Positions 1-8,638 are shown, counted from the first letter of the stretch. The stretch is DNA of 64,000 bases from Thermodesulfobacteriota bacterium (GCA_024274915.1 JAJSAC010000024.1:5234-69233); one strand, 5' to 3'. Numbers and translations: made by a program. Notes: a model not told the origin generated them from the sequence alone.

Positions 1-1517
1 CTAAGAATGACTTTGTCCATTGGTGGGAAAACTGGAGAGAAAAGGATACACCTCTCCCTGAAACCTTGAAGCCTTTCATAGATTGGTTTCTTCTTTTCCA
101 GGAAGGGGAGAGGATGAGGCTTTTTGAAGATCCTTCTTACAGGAAAAAAGTTAGGGTATTTCTTGAGGTGAGAGCTTTAATGATCCTTAAGAGAGAGGAA
201 GTTGATAAGAAGATAAAAGTAACTACGAGGGAGATTAAGAAAATATATAAAGAGAGATATGTTCCTCTCCTTCACGTCAGAGCCGTTGTGTTTCCGAAGG
301 AGAAGGAGGCAAGCGCTTTCCTTGAAAAAGCGAAGAAAGGGGAGAGCTTTGATGAATTAGTGAAGAGAACGTTTCCCAAAAACAATCGTAGAGCTTTTGA
401 CTGGGGATGGAGGAGACCCTTTGTGTTTCCCGCTTCCGTGAGGGAAAGTTTGATAAAGATGGAGGAAGGTAAGGTTATTGGTCCAGTGGAATGGATGGGA
501 AAATTTTGGCTTCTTGAACTTGTTGAGAAGAAGAAAGGTAGCGACAAAGACTTTAATAAGGTTAAAGGAAGGATAGAAGAAAAGTTGAGAAAAGAGCAGG
601 AGGGTAGGCTAACCTTAGCCCTTATTGAGAGATTGAAAAAGAAGTATCACGTATGGGTAGATTACAAGTTGTTAAAGTCCATCGACATTGATAATCCACA
701 AAAGGAGTATATGGATAAGCCCCTGTTGAGAATGGGGAAAGTTGAAATGAAGGTTAAGGATTTTTTGATACAAGTAAAAAGGGAGATAGACTTTAGAAAG
801 AAATATAAGTTTTCCATCAAGGACAAAGAAAAGATCAAAAGAATGGTGATGGGCAACCTCATATCCCAGACGTTAACGACATGGGAGGCTCTGAGTCGTC
901 ACTATGAGAGAAAACCTCCTTTTAAGTGGGTTTACCGCTTTTACTGTCAACATCGCATCATAAAGGAGCTGGAAAATCAACTCTTCTGGCCGAAGGTTAA
1001 GGTGTCCGAGGACGATGCTAAGAAATATTACCAGGAACACCTTTCTGAGTATAAGCTTCCCGGCCTGGTTAAAGTGGCAATTATCCAGACGGGGGATGAA
1101 AAACTCGTTGAGAAGTTGGAGAAGGCTCTCAACAGGGGAGAGGACTTCTTCGAGGTGGCCAAGAAGCTTACCTTTCATGGGGCCATCGTTCAGAGGGTTC
1201 CCGTGACTCACATGGCACCGGAGATGCAGAAGGTGGTATCTCGCCTTTCTCTAGGAGAGGTGAGTGCTCCCGTTAAAGTGGGAAAATACACATACATAGT
1301 GAAATTGATTGATAGGGTAGCAGAGAGACAGCGGCCTTTCGAAGAGGTGAAGAAGAGCATTTTGGACATCCTAAAAAAAGAGAGATTTGAAAAAGTTAAA
1401 GGGAGCTATTTGTCAGAACTGAGAAAGAGGTCTAAAATCGAAGTGAATGAGGCTGCCTGGCAAAGGGTAAGGGAAGAGTTGGGGAGGAAGGATGAAGCGG
1501 GTAAGAAGACTGGCTGA
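1..1517 (+). CDS. SurA/PpiC (parvulin)-type peptidyl-prolyl isomerase/chaperone, 5'-partial
   Basis: The track ORF is 66..1517, but the frame has no stop back to nt 3, so the true start lies upstream of the window. The protein is K/E-rich with parvulin-like segments (VKVAIIQTGDEKLVEKLEKALNRGEDFFEVAKK...GEVSAPVKVGKYTYIVKLID). It overlaps the next gene by 26 nt. Confidence 0.65.
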   Translation, partial: KNDFVHWWENWREKDTPLPETLKPFIDWFLLFQEGERMRLFEDPSYRKKVRVFLEVRALMILKREEVDKKIKVTTREIKKIYKERYVPLLHVRAVVFPKEKEASAFLEKAKKGESFDELVKRTFPKNNRRAFDWGWRRPFVFPASVRESLIKMEEGKVIGPVEWMGKFWLLELVEKKKGSDKDFNKVKGRIEEKLRKEQEGRLTLALIERLKKKYHVWVDYKLLKSIDIDNPQKEYMDKPLLRMGKVEMKVKDFLIQVKREIDFRKKYKFSIKDKEKIKRMVMGNLISQTLTTWEALSRHYERKPPFKWVYRFYCQHRIIKELENQLFWPKVKVSEDDAKKYYQEHLSEYKLPGLVKVAIIQTGDEKLVEKLEKALNRGEDFFEVAKKLTFHGAIVQRVPVTHMAPEMQKVVSRLSLGEVSAPVKVGKYTYIVKLIDRVAERQRPFEEVKKSILDILKKERFEKVKGSYLSELRKRSKIEVNEAAWQRVREELGRKDEAGKKTG

Positions 1518-3429
1518 GCTTTTGATTCTGGGGGTGGTGCTTTTATATTTGGGATGTGCTCCCGCTCCCCCTAGGAAGAGGGTGGTGAAGAAGTGCGTAG
1601 ACTGTCACAGCGATATGTATGCCAGGTATACGAAAGGGAACGTGCACAAACCTGTGGAAGGGGGAGATTGTGAGGTGTGCCATCGTCCCCACGGCCTTAT
1701 TGGAGGAGTGTATCTGAAGGAAGGTACACCCCAGCTGTGCTTCCGTTGTCACAAGGGTGTTGGCCGGGATGTGGGTAAGGCCTACGTTCACGAACCGGTG
1801 AAGGAGGGGAAGTGTGGAGGGTGCCACGAGTACCATAATTCTCCCAATCCCCACCTTTTGAAGGCGCCCATGGAAGGGTTTTGTTTCCTGTGCCACAAGA
1901 AGGCTGACTTCTCCAGGAAGTTTGTCCATTCCCCCGTGGAGAAGGGGTGTGGGACCTGCCATCTCCCCCATGCCTCTGACAATCCCTATCTCCTTAAGAT
2001 GTCCATGGATAACCTCTGCGCCTCGTGTCATGATGTGAAGGAGGGCTCTTTCGTCAAGGCCCATTACGGCTATCCCGTGAAGGGGAAGTGCACCCTCTGC
2101 CACGATCCCCACTCTTCGGACAATAAGGCCCTACTGAAAAAAGGGACCCATCCTCCCATGGTGGAGGGGGAGTGCGATTCTTGCCACTCTTCTCCTTCTT
2201 CCCCAAAGCCCTTTGCCCTTCAATTGAAGGGCGGGGCCCTCTGTTTCTCCTGCCACGACGGGGTGGAGGAGGAGGCTTCCCGAAAGGGGGCTCATCCTCC
2301 CCTCTCCAAGGGGGAGTGCCTCAGGTGTCACTCTCCCCATGCCAGCTCATTTAAGGGGTTGCTGAGAGTATCCCCGGAGTCCCTCTGCTGGAGGTGCCAC
2401 AAGGTAGGCAAGGGGAAGGGGGCCAGGGTGGTTCATACTCCTGCTAAGAGGGGTGATTGCCTCTCATGCCATGAGCCCCATGTTTCTTCAGTGGCTGCCC
2501 TGTTGAAGGAGTCCAGGAACAGGCTGTGTTTCCAGTGCCACGAAAGGAGCGGATTTTCTTCTAGCCACCCGCCGGCCTTTAAAGGGGAGTGCCTCAAGTG
2601 TCACGCTGCCCACGAGTCCAAGTTCAGGGGGCTGCTCGCGGGCCCGGAAGGTAAAACCTGTTTCTCATGCCACAAGAAGGTGGGCGAGGAGATGGGGAGG
2701 TTCAGCCTCCATCTCCCCTTTGCCAAGGGAAGGTGTTCTTCATGTCACAATCCCCGTGGATCTACCCGTGAAAACCTGCTTGTGGCTGACTCTGATCAGT
2801 TGTGCTGGAAATGCCATGGTAAGATGAAGAAGGTGTCCAAAGGGGCAAAGCTCCATCCGCCCTTTCAAGAGGGGGACTGCATGGCCTGTCATGGTCCCCA
2901 TTCCGGGGACGAACCCTCCCTCCTCAGGGAGAAGACGGGTAAGGTCTGTTTCTCGTGCCATGAGGGTGTGGAGGCTGAAGTTGCCTCTGCTAAGTTCTCT
3001 CATGAGCCTGTCAAGCTCCTCAACTGCACCAGATGTCACGATCCCCACGCTTCCACCCATGGAGCCTTCCTAATGAAGAAGGTACCTCTCTTATGTCTCA
3101 CCTGCCATAGGGACGTGGCCAAGTTCTGGGACAAAGGTGTGGCCCATCCTCCCGCTGAGGAGGAAGGGGGGTGCCTCCAATGCCACAGCCCCCATGGTTC
3201 TTCTAACAGGGGAATGCTCTCTAAGACCGCAGGGGTGCTATGTGCAGAGTGCCACGAGGAGGGAGGAAAGGCCTTCCTCAAGGATCATGGTGGGATTCGT
3301 CCTTCTCCGGGGGGCTGTTTGGGGTGTCACGACCCCCACGGTGGACTGGATGAAAGACTCCTGCTTCCAGTGGAGCATGCGCCCTTTGAGAAAGGACGTT
3401 GTATAGCCTGCCACATAGGGGGTGCATAA
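1492..3429 (+). CDS. 26-haem c-type cytochrome, probable lipoprotein
   Basis: Signal peptide with lipobox (LLYLG-C). I count 26 CXXCH motifs in 645 aa, arranged as about 13 diverged two-haem modules (CxxCH..H.P....G.CxxCH.PH......LL....LCxxCH). Confidence 0.95.
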   Translation: MKRVRRLAELLILGVVLLYLGCAPAPPRKRVVKKCVDCHSDMYARYTKGNVHKPVEGGDCEVCHRPHGLIGGVYLKEGTPQLCFRCHKGVGRDVGKAYVHEPVKEGKCGGCHEYHNSPNPHLLKAPMEGFCFLCHKKADFSRKFVHSPVEKGCGTCHLPHASDNPYLLKMSMDNLCASCHDVKEGSFVKAHYGYPVKGKCTLCHDPHSSDNKALLKKGTHPPMVEGECDSCHSSPSSPKPFALQLKGGALCFSCHDGVEEEASRKGAHPPLSKGECLRCHSPHASSFKGLLRVSPESLCWRCHKVGKGKGARVVHTPAKRGDCLSCHEPHVSSVAALLKESRNRLCFQCHERSGFSSSHPPAFKGECLKCHAAHESKFRGLLAGPEGKTCFSCHKKVGEEMGRFSLHLPFAKGRCSSCHNPRGSTRENLLVADSDQLCWKCHGKMKKVSKGAKLHPPFQEGDCMACHGPHSGDEPSLLREKTGKVCFSCHEGVEAEVASAKFSHEPVKLLNCTRCHDPHASTHGAFLMKKVPLLCLTCHRDVAKFWDKGVAHPPAEEEGGCLQCHSPHGSSNRGMLSKTAGVLCAECHEEGGKAFLKDHGGIRPSPGGCLGCHDPHGGLDERLLLPVEHAPFEKGRCIACHIGGA

Positions 3430-4598
3430 TGGGTTGGAGATGGTTCCCCTTCTTTCTTGTGTTTTTTCTTCTTCCCTTCTCCGCTTATGGAAAGACCGCT
3501 TTGTGTTTTAAGTGTCATAACAGAGCAGAGTTCCGAAAGGCTGTGGTCCACGGACCCGTGCGGGGGGGGAAGTGTGCCCTTTGCCATTCCCCCCACGTTT
3601 CCCGTTATCCGGGGCTTCTAGGCCAGCCCGCCCCCCGGCTCTGCTACTCCTGTCACAAAAGAGAGAAGGCAAGGTTTTCTCAAAGCAGATTTCTCCATTC
3701 TCCCGTGAAAAAGGGGAAATGTCTCACTTGTCACGATCCCCACGCCTCTGCCAGTAGGGGTCTTTTGAGAAAGGCTTTGCCCGGTCAATGTTATGGGTGC
3801 CATAAGGGTATGGCTAAGAAGTATGCCCGTTTTCACGCCCCTTTTAAAAAGGGAAGGTGCCTTGTATGCCATGATCCCCACAGTTCTTCCGACTATAGAC
3901 TTCTCAGGGGGGGAGACCCGGGCATTTGTCTCAGATGTCACAGGGACAGCCCTTCCATCAAAAAGGTGCATTTGGGGTACAGTTTGAAGGGAATCCAGTG
4001 CCTCTCCTGCCACAATCCCCACGGTAGCTCCAGGAAGGCGCTGATAAGGGAGAAGCTTCACGAGCCTTTTGCCCAGAAGGAGTGCGGGGAGTGTCACAAC
4101 CGCAAGGACAAGGGGCCTGAGCTCTGTTTCCAGTGCCACGACGATGTGGAGTCTGCCTTTTACACCAATCATAACCATCTCCTGGCGGGAGGCGTTAATC
4201 CGTGTGTCAGCTGTCACAGTCCCCACGCCTCGGATGAAAAGGCCTTGCTGGTGGGTAAGGAGGGGTATCTGTGTCAGAAGTGCCACGGGTACACGTATGA
4301 GAGGAAAGAAGAGGCCCTCTACATACACCCCGATTGGGGCGGGTGTACCAACTGTCATGATCCCCATGGATCCAATAGATTGGCCATGCTGGATGAGGGC
4401 GAAAATAAGCTGTGTGCCCGCTGCCATGAGACCCAGGGTAAGTTCACCCATCCCGTTGGGGATAAGTTTAGAGATCCCAGGAACGGCCAACCTATTACCT
4501 GCGTCACCTGCCATGATCCCATGGGCACCATGTTCAAGTTTAACCTGAAGAGGGGCGGTGATAAGGATCTCTGTATTCAGTGTCATAAGAGCTATTGA
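3429..4598 (+). CDS. 16-haem c-type cytochrome, secreted
   Basis: The ATG at 3429 overlaps the upstream TAA (TAATG) and is preferred over the track start at 3399. Signal peptide MGWRWFPFFLVFFLLPFSAYG. 16 CXXCH motifs of the same module type as the upstream gene. Confidence 0.95.
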   Translation: MGWRWFPFFLVFFLLPFSAYGKTALCFKCHNRAEFRKAVVHGPVRGGKCALCHSPHVSRYPGLLGQPAPRLCYSCHKREKARFSQSRFLHSPVKKGKCLTCHDPHASASRGLLRKALPGQCYGCHKGMAKKYARFHAPFKKGRCLVCHDPHSSSDYRLLRGGDPGICLRCHRDSPSIKKVHLGYSLKGIQCLSCHNPHGSSRKALIREKLHEPFAQKECGECHNRKDKGPELCFQCHDDVESAFYTNHNHLLAGGVNPCVSCHSPHASDEKALLVGKEGYLCQKCHGYTYERKEEALYIHPDWGGCTNCHDPHGSNRLAMLDEGENKLCARCHETQGKFTHPVGDKFRDPRNGQPITCVTCHDPMGTMFKFNLKRGGDKDLCIQCHKSY

Positions 4599-4611
4599 CG
4601 AGAGGTGGGTC

Positions 4612-5499
4612 ATGAGTGTGAAAAAGAGGCTGATGCTGTTTTTGCTGGTCTTTATTTTCTTATTGCCCTTCTCCATGGCCAATGGTGGTGGGGTTCCCTG
4701 GAAGTGGGTTATGAGCCTGGACATGGATAGGGCTGGGGTTCACGTCAGGGAGCCTACCGCTCTCTATTACGATGCTCGGGTGAAGCGATACTATGTGGTG
4801 GACAGTGGAAACCATAGGTTGGTTTCTTTTGACGAACAGGGCAGGTTTCTGAATCAGTTTGACGCCGGGGGGCAACTGAAGGGTCCCTTTGCCATGGTGA
4901 AGGATGTCCGGGGCAATCTCTGGGTGGTGGAAAAGAAGGTGAACAGTTTGACTTATATCCATTTAAAGAGAAGGGCTGTGGAGAGGCACTCCCTTGCCCT
5001 TCCCAACGGCGAGGCAGTCTTTCCCGATCGTCTGGCCATAGATGCCCAGGGGACCATTTACCTTTTGGATCGGGGCAGCGGCAAGGTGGTGGCGTTGGAC
5101 AAAGACCTCAGGGTGGTGAGGCAGTATGGGGCACCGGGAGGAGGGCGGTTCTGCGATTTCAAGTTGAAGAGCGATGGTGTGTGGGCTTTGGAGCCTTTGA
5201 CCAGGAGGGTCTATCATTTTTCTAAGGAGGGTAAGTTCCTCGGAGAAGTGGCCTTGAAGGGTGACCTGGCCTTCCCCATCTCCCTGGAGGTGGACTCCGT
5301 GGGGCTAATTTACATCGCCGACAGACCCGTGGGGAATGTGAAAGTCTTCGACTCCAGGGGTAACTTCAAATACTCCTTTTTAGAAAGGGGAGAGAACAGG
5401 GGGAGGATCTATTATCCTTTCCAGTTGGTCTTTGATGAGATGGGTAGGCTCTGCGTGGTGGAGGAGGGCAACGGGAGGGTAGAGGTGTTCCAGAGGTAG
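4612..5499 (+). CDS. NHL-repeat beta-propeller protein, secreted
   Basis: The ATG at 4612 gives signal peptide MSVKKRLMLFLLVFIFLLPFSMA; the track start at 4558 is less likely. Repeated blades: YYVVDSGNHRLVSF, IYLLDRGSGKVVAL, IYIADRPVGNVKVF, LCVVEEGNGRVEVF. Confidence 0.8.
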   Translation: MSVKKRLMLFLLVFIFLLPFSMANGGGVPWKWVMSLDMDRAGVHVREPTALYYDARVKRYYVVDSGNHRLVSFDEQGRFLNQFDAGGQLKGPFAMVKDVRGNLWVVEKKVNSLTYIHLKRRAVERHSLALPNGEAVFPDRLAIDAQGTIYLLDRGSGKVVALDKDLRVVRQYGAPGGGRFCDFKLKSDGVWALEPLTRRVYHFSKEGKFLGEVALKGDLAFPISLEVDSVGLIYIADRPVGNVKVFDSRGNFKYSFLERGENRGRIYYPFQLVFDEMGRLCVVEEGNGRVEVFQR

Positions 5500-5502
5500 A
5501 GG

Positions 5503-6558
5503 ATGAGGTCTGTATCTGTCCTTAAAAAATGGATTGGGGTCCTGGTGCTACTAGTTTTTCCCTTTGTAGTTCAGGCTAGGGTGACAGGACCCTGCTCCAA
5601 CTGTCACACTATGCACAACAGCCAGGGGGGGAGCGTTGTTGCCGCGGGAGGACCTAATGAGTCCCTGTTGGTGAGCAGTTGTGTGGGGTGTCATAGCTCT
5701 TCTTCGGCCAGCACTGTAGTGAGCGGTACGCCGATCGTTTACAGTACATCTAGTGCTCCCACTTATCCTTCTGACGGTACCTCTGCCGGTGCTTTGGCCG
5801 GTGGAAATTTCTACTGGGTAGCCCAGTCTGGTGGAGATGCCAAAGGTCACAATGTCCAAGGTGTAACCTCCGATGACAGCGCCCGCTTTTCTTATGTTCC
5901 TGGTTCTACTACTGCCTATTATCAGGTCACCTGTGCAGGCACGTCGGGGTGTCATGGAGACAGGACGGTGAGTGATCAGTATAAGGCCCTGTATGGGGCC
6001 CATCATGCCGATGACTCTCCTATAGATGGGACCACTGTAGGTACCAGCTTCAGATTTCTGGATGGTATTTTGGGTAAAGAGGATGACGATTGGGAGCAAA
6101 GCGTGGGGAGCGCCGATCACAACCAGTACAAAGGAGTGGATAGAGCCAATGAGACCCAGGATGATACCTCTACCATTAGCCATCTCTGCGCCGAGTGCCA
6201 CGGTGATTTTCACAATGGGAGTGGAAACCTGACACCCAGTGGAGGCACCTGGGGTTCTCCCTGGTTGAGACACCCCACGGACTACGACATGGGAAATACA
6301 CCATCAGGTTCTGAGTATAGGCAGTATTATTACTCAACTAAGGGTGACAATCTTTACAATCCCCTGGTGCCCCTTGCCAGTGCTGATATCTCTGCGGCGA
6401 TTTCTTCTGTGACCTTCAATGATGACACGATAGTCATGTGCCTCTCCTGCCACAGGGCCCATGGAAGCCCTTACGATAGCATCATGAGGTGGGACTATAA
6501 AAACTGGCCTGGAAGCGGGACTAATGGGTGCGTGGTGTGCCACACTTCCAAGGACTGA
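5503..6558 (+). CDS. Hexahaem c-type cytochrome, OmcS-family candidate
   Basis: Signal peptide ends ..VVQA. The mature N-terminus is RVTGPCSNCHTMHNS. There are five CXXCH motifs plus one CX5CH (CAGTSGCH). Motif order and flanks (CxxCHTMHNS, KGHN, CAECHGDFHN..LRHP, CLSCHRAHGSPYDS, C-terminal CVVCHTSKD) match what I recall of G. sulfurreducens OmcS. Composition is S/T/G/N/Y-rich, unlike the rest of the window. Confidence 0.8.
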   Translation: MRSVSVLKKWIGVLVLLVFPFVVQARVTGPCSNCHTMHNSQGGSVVAAGGPNESLLVSSCVGCHSSSSASTVVSGTPIVYSTSSAPTYPSDGTSAGALAGGNFYWVAQSGGDAKGHNVQGVTSDDSARFSYVPGSTTAYYQVTCAGTSGCHGDRTVSDQYKALYGAHHADDSPIDGTTVGTSFRFLDGILGKEDDDWEQSVGSADHNQYKGVDRANETQDDTSTISHLCAECHGDFHNGSGNLTPSGGTWGSPWLRHPTDYDMGNTPSGSEYRQYYYSTKGDNLYNPLVPLASADISAAISSVTFNDDTIVMCLSCHRAHGSPYDSIMRWDYKNWPGSGTNGCVVCHTSKD

Positions 6559-6568
6559 GGAGAAGGAC

Positions 6569-6910
6569 ATGGCTTTTGACAACAGGGTATTGGACAGAGC
6601 CATCAGGGAAAGGCGAAACAGACTCGAAGAGGAGCGCAGGAGGCTTCTTTCAAGGGTGATGGAAGCCTTGCGGGACATAAAGGATCGGTTTGGCATAAAG
6701 GAGGCCTATATTGTGGGTTCTCTGTTGGACTCCAGGCGTTGGGCGGAGTTTTCCGATGTGGACGTGGCGGTGGCCGGGGCCTCAGGTCATATTCTGGATA
6801 TTATGGGCCAGCTTGAGGAGGCCACTGGTAAGGAAGTGGATGTAATAGATCTGGATAGGCATCCTAACGCCGAAGCAATAAGGGTGAGGGGGTTGAAGGT
6901 CTATGGATAA
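6569..6910 (+). CDS. MNT-type nucleotidyltransferase (type VII TA antitoxin candidate)
   Basis: The ATG at 6569 is preferred over the track start at 6524, which overlaps the cytochrome gene. Minimal nucleotidyltransferase signature YIVGSLLDSRRWAEFSDVDVAV (GS...DxD). Confidence 0.8.
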   Translation: MAFDNRVLDRAIRERRNRLEEERRRLLSRVMEALRDIKDRFGIKEAYIVGSLLDSRRWAEFSDVDVAVAGASGHILDIMGQLEEATGKEVDVIDLDRHPNAEAIRVRGLKVYG

Positions 6911-7373
6911 GGGAGGGCTCGCACTATTAAGGGCTGATTTGTCTGAGCAGTGGAGGCAGGTATCCCGTCTTCACGTCCGTATTAGGGAGAAGTTGGAGGA
7001 CTTCAAAGAATCCCAGGAGGGGGTGGATAGCATGGGATATGCCCTCCACAATCTCTATTGCGCTTATGAAGAGCTCTTTGAAATAGTGGCCGGGCATTTT
7101 GAGAACCGGATAGAGTCGGGCCGGTACCATGCCAATCTGCTGAAAAGGATGAAGCTGAGCATAGAGGGTGTACGTCCCGCCCTTATTTCAGGAGAAACCT
7201 ATGGATTGCTGGATGAGCTTAGACGGTTTCGGCATTTCTTCCGCCATGCCTATGGGATGGATTTGGACCCGGAGAAGGTGGGGACTGTGGCCAGGAAGGC
7301 AGTGGAGCTTGAGGAGAGGTTTGAGAGGGACCTGAGGAGCTTCTTGAGGGCTCTGGGGGGATGGGAAGAATGA
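6903..7373 (+). CDS. HEPN-domain protein (HepT-like toxin candidate)
   Basis: Overlaps the MNT gene by 8 nt. All-helical, with an R-x4-H-x-Y motif (LRRFRHFFRHAYG) in the position typical of HEPN RNases. Confidence 0.75.
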   Translation: MDKGGLALLRADLSEQWRQVSRLHVRIREKLEDFKESQEGVDSMGYALHNLYCAYEELFEIVAGHFENRIESGRYHANLLKRMKLSIEGVRPALISGETYGLLDELRRFRHFFRHAYGMDLDPEKVGTVARKAVELEERFERDLRSFLRALGGWEE

Positions 7374-8638
7374 GGTTCACCATCTGGGTGGCGATTTTTC
7401 TGGTATTTTGTATGGCCGGATTTGCCTATGCAGGGAACTACACCTCCTCGGCCCACGGTGATTCTACTTACGGGGTGAGCAGGTCTGCCATGTCCGGTTA
7501 TGTCACCGGCAACTGCGCCCACTGTCACGAGATGCACGCCAGCGTGGAGGGAGTCACCTCCACGCCCTATCCCTATGCCCTCTTTTACTCCAATTACGTC
7601 TCCCAGACGGACCTGGTGTGTCTCCAGTGTCATGATGGGACCACCAGCGTTTCTTCGAGGGCTATCACCAATAGGAGCTACAGCTACAGGGCTGGGGGTT
7701 GGACGGCTGATACTATCAGTAGTGTGAAGAGCTCCTTCGATACCAGTGTGGAGGCCTCTGCTCATAATCTCAGCGATATCCTTTCTTTTATCCAGACCCA
7801 AAGCTGGGGCTTTAACTCATCTTCCACTCCCTGTGTGGCCTGTCACAGCCCCCATTATGCCCAGGGGGACCCGTTCAATGCCCCAAGCTCTCCCAAAACC
7901 TCATCTACCAGAGGCTGGCCCCTCACAAGGCCCAGTAAGCACGGAAGCACCAATTCTGCAGACTTTCTCTGGGGTGATGATTCTGGAGAGAAAATGAGTG
8001 ATTACGTGGGTGCCCTAACCTACCAGGCTCCTTACAGGTACGGCTCTACCTCGGCCTACGAGCCCGATGGCTCTACAACTACCAATGGCTCCAATCTTAC
8101 GGATATGAACACCCTTTGCCTGGACTGCCATTCCTCCGATATGAGCAGCTATGGCCTTAATAACACCCCCATAGACTGGAGCACTAACGGAGACAAGCAC
8201 GGCTTGGCGGGAGCTGATGGAGGAATCGACATAAAGGGTCCTTTCAGTGGTTCTAATTATGGAAGCTACGTTCTTGCCTGCACCGACTGCCACGAGCCCC
8301 ACGGTGCGCCCAATATCATGTTGATCAGGCAGGAAGTGAATGGGGACTATCTTAAAGACGCCAATGATAACTTGGCTCACATCACAAACTATGGCTCGAG
8401 TAGCAATGTATCCAATCAGCTGGGGTATCTTTGTCGCAGGTGCCACATAGATGATGCGGATTACTATAACAACCCTTCCTACAGAAATAGATGGCAGTAC
8501 GTGCACCACTATTCCCCTGACGCTCCTTACAGCAGGCGAAGATGCGGGCGGTGTCATTATTCGTACCCTATAAACTGTACCGATTGTCACTATCATGGAG
8601 CGGTGGATCCCAAGGGGACAGGCAGGAAGACCTTCTGA
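7361..8638 (+). CDS. Octahaem c-type cytochrome, secreted, S/T/N/Y/G-rich
   Basis: Signal peptide MGRMRFTIWVAIFLVFCMAGFAYA. Eight CXXCH motifs, the first as GNCAHCHEMHAS (a CxxCHxMH motif like the 5503 gene). Very low K/E content. Overlaps the HEPN gene by 13 nt. Confidence 0.9.
   Translation: MGRMRFTIWVAIFLVFCMAGFAYAGNYTSSAHGDSTYGVSRSAMSGYVTGNCAHCHEMHASVEGVTSTPYPYALFYSNYVSQTDLVCLQCHDGTTSVSSRAITNRSYSYRAGGWTADTISSVKSSFDTSVEASAHNLSDILSFIQTQSWGFNSSSTPCVACHSPHYAQGDPFNAPSSPKTSSTRGWPLTRPSKHGSTNSADFLWGDDSGEKMSDYVGALTYQAPYRYGSTSAYEPDGSTTTNGSNLTDMNTLCLDCHSSDMSSYGLNNTPIDWSTNGDKHGLAGADGGIDIKGPFSGSNYGSYVLACTDCHEPHGAPNIMLIRQEVNGDYLKDANDNLAHITNYGSSSNVSNQLGYLCRRCHIDDADYYNNPSYRNRWQYVHHYSPDAPYSRRRCGRCHYSYPINCTDCHYHGAVDPKGTGRKTF

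Noticed and set aside
3618-4724. 368-aa ORF antisense to the 16-haem cytochrome gene. Similar long shadow ORFs occur at 1543..2112, 5551..6273, 8015..8596, 7250..7801, 29359..30162, 37282..38175, 45414..46262 and 62579..63580.
   Set aside because: Each lies fully antisense to a gene with strong motif evidence. Each has low-complexity G/P/R/H-rich composition, no start context and no recognisable motif. They are typical GC-rich shadow frames.
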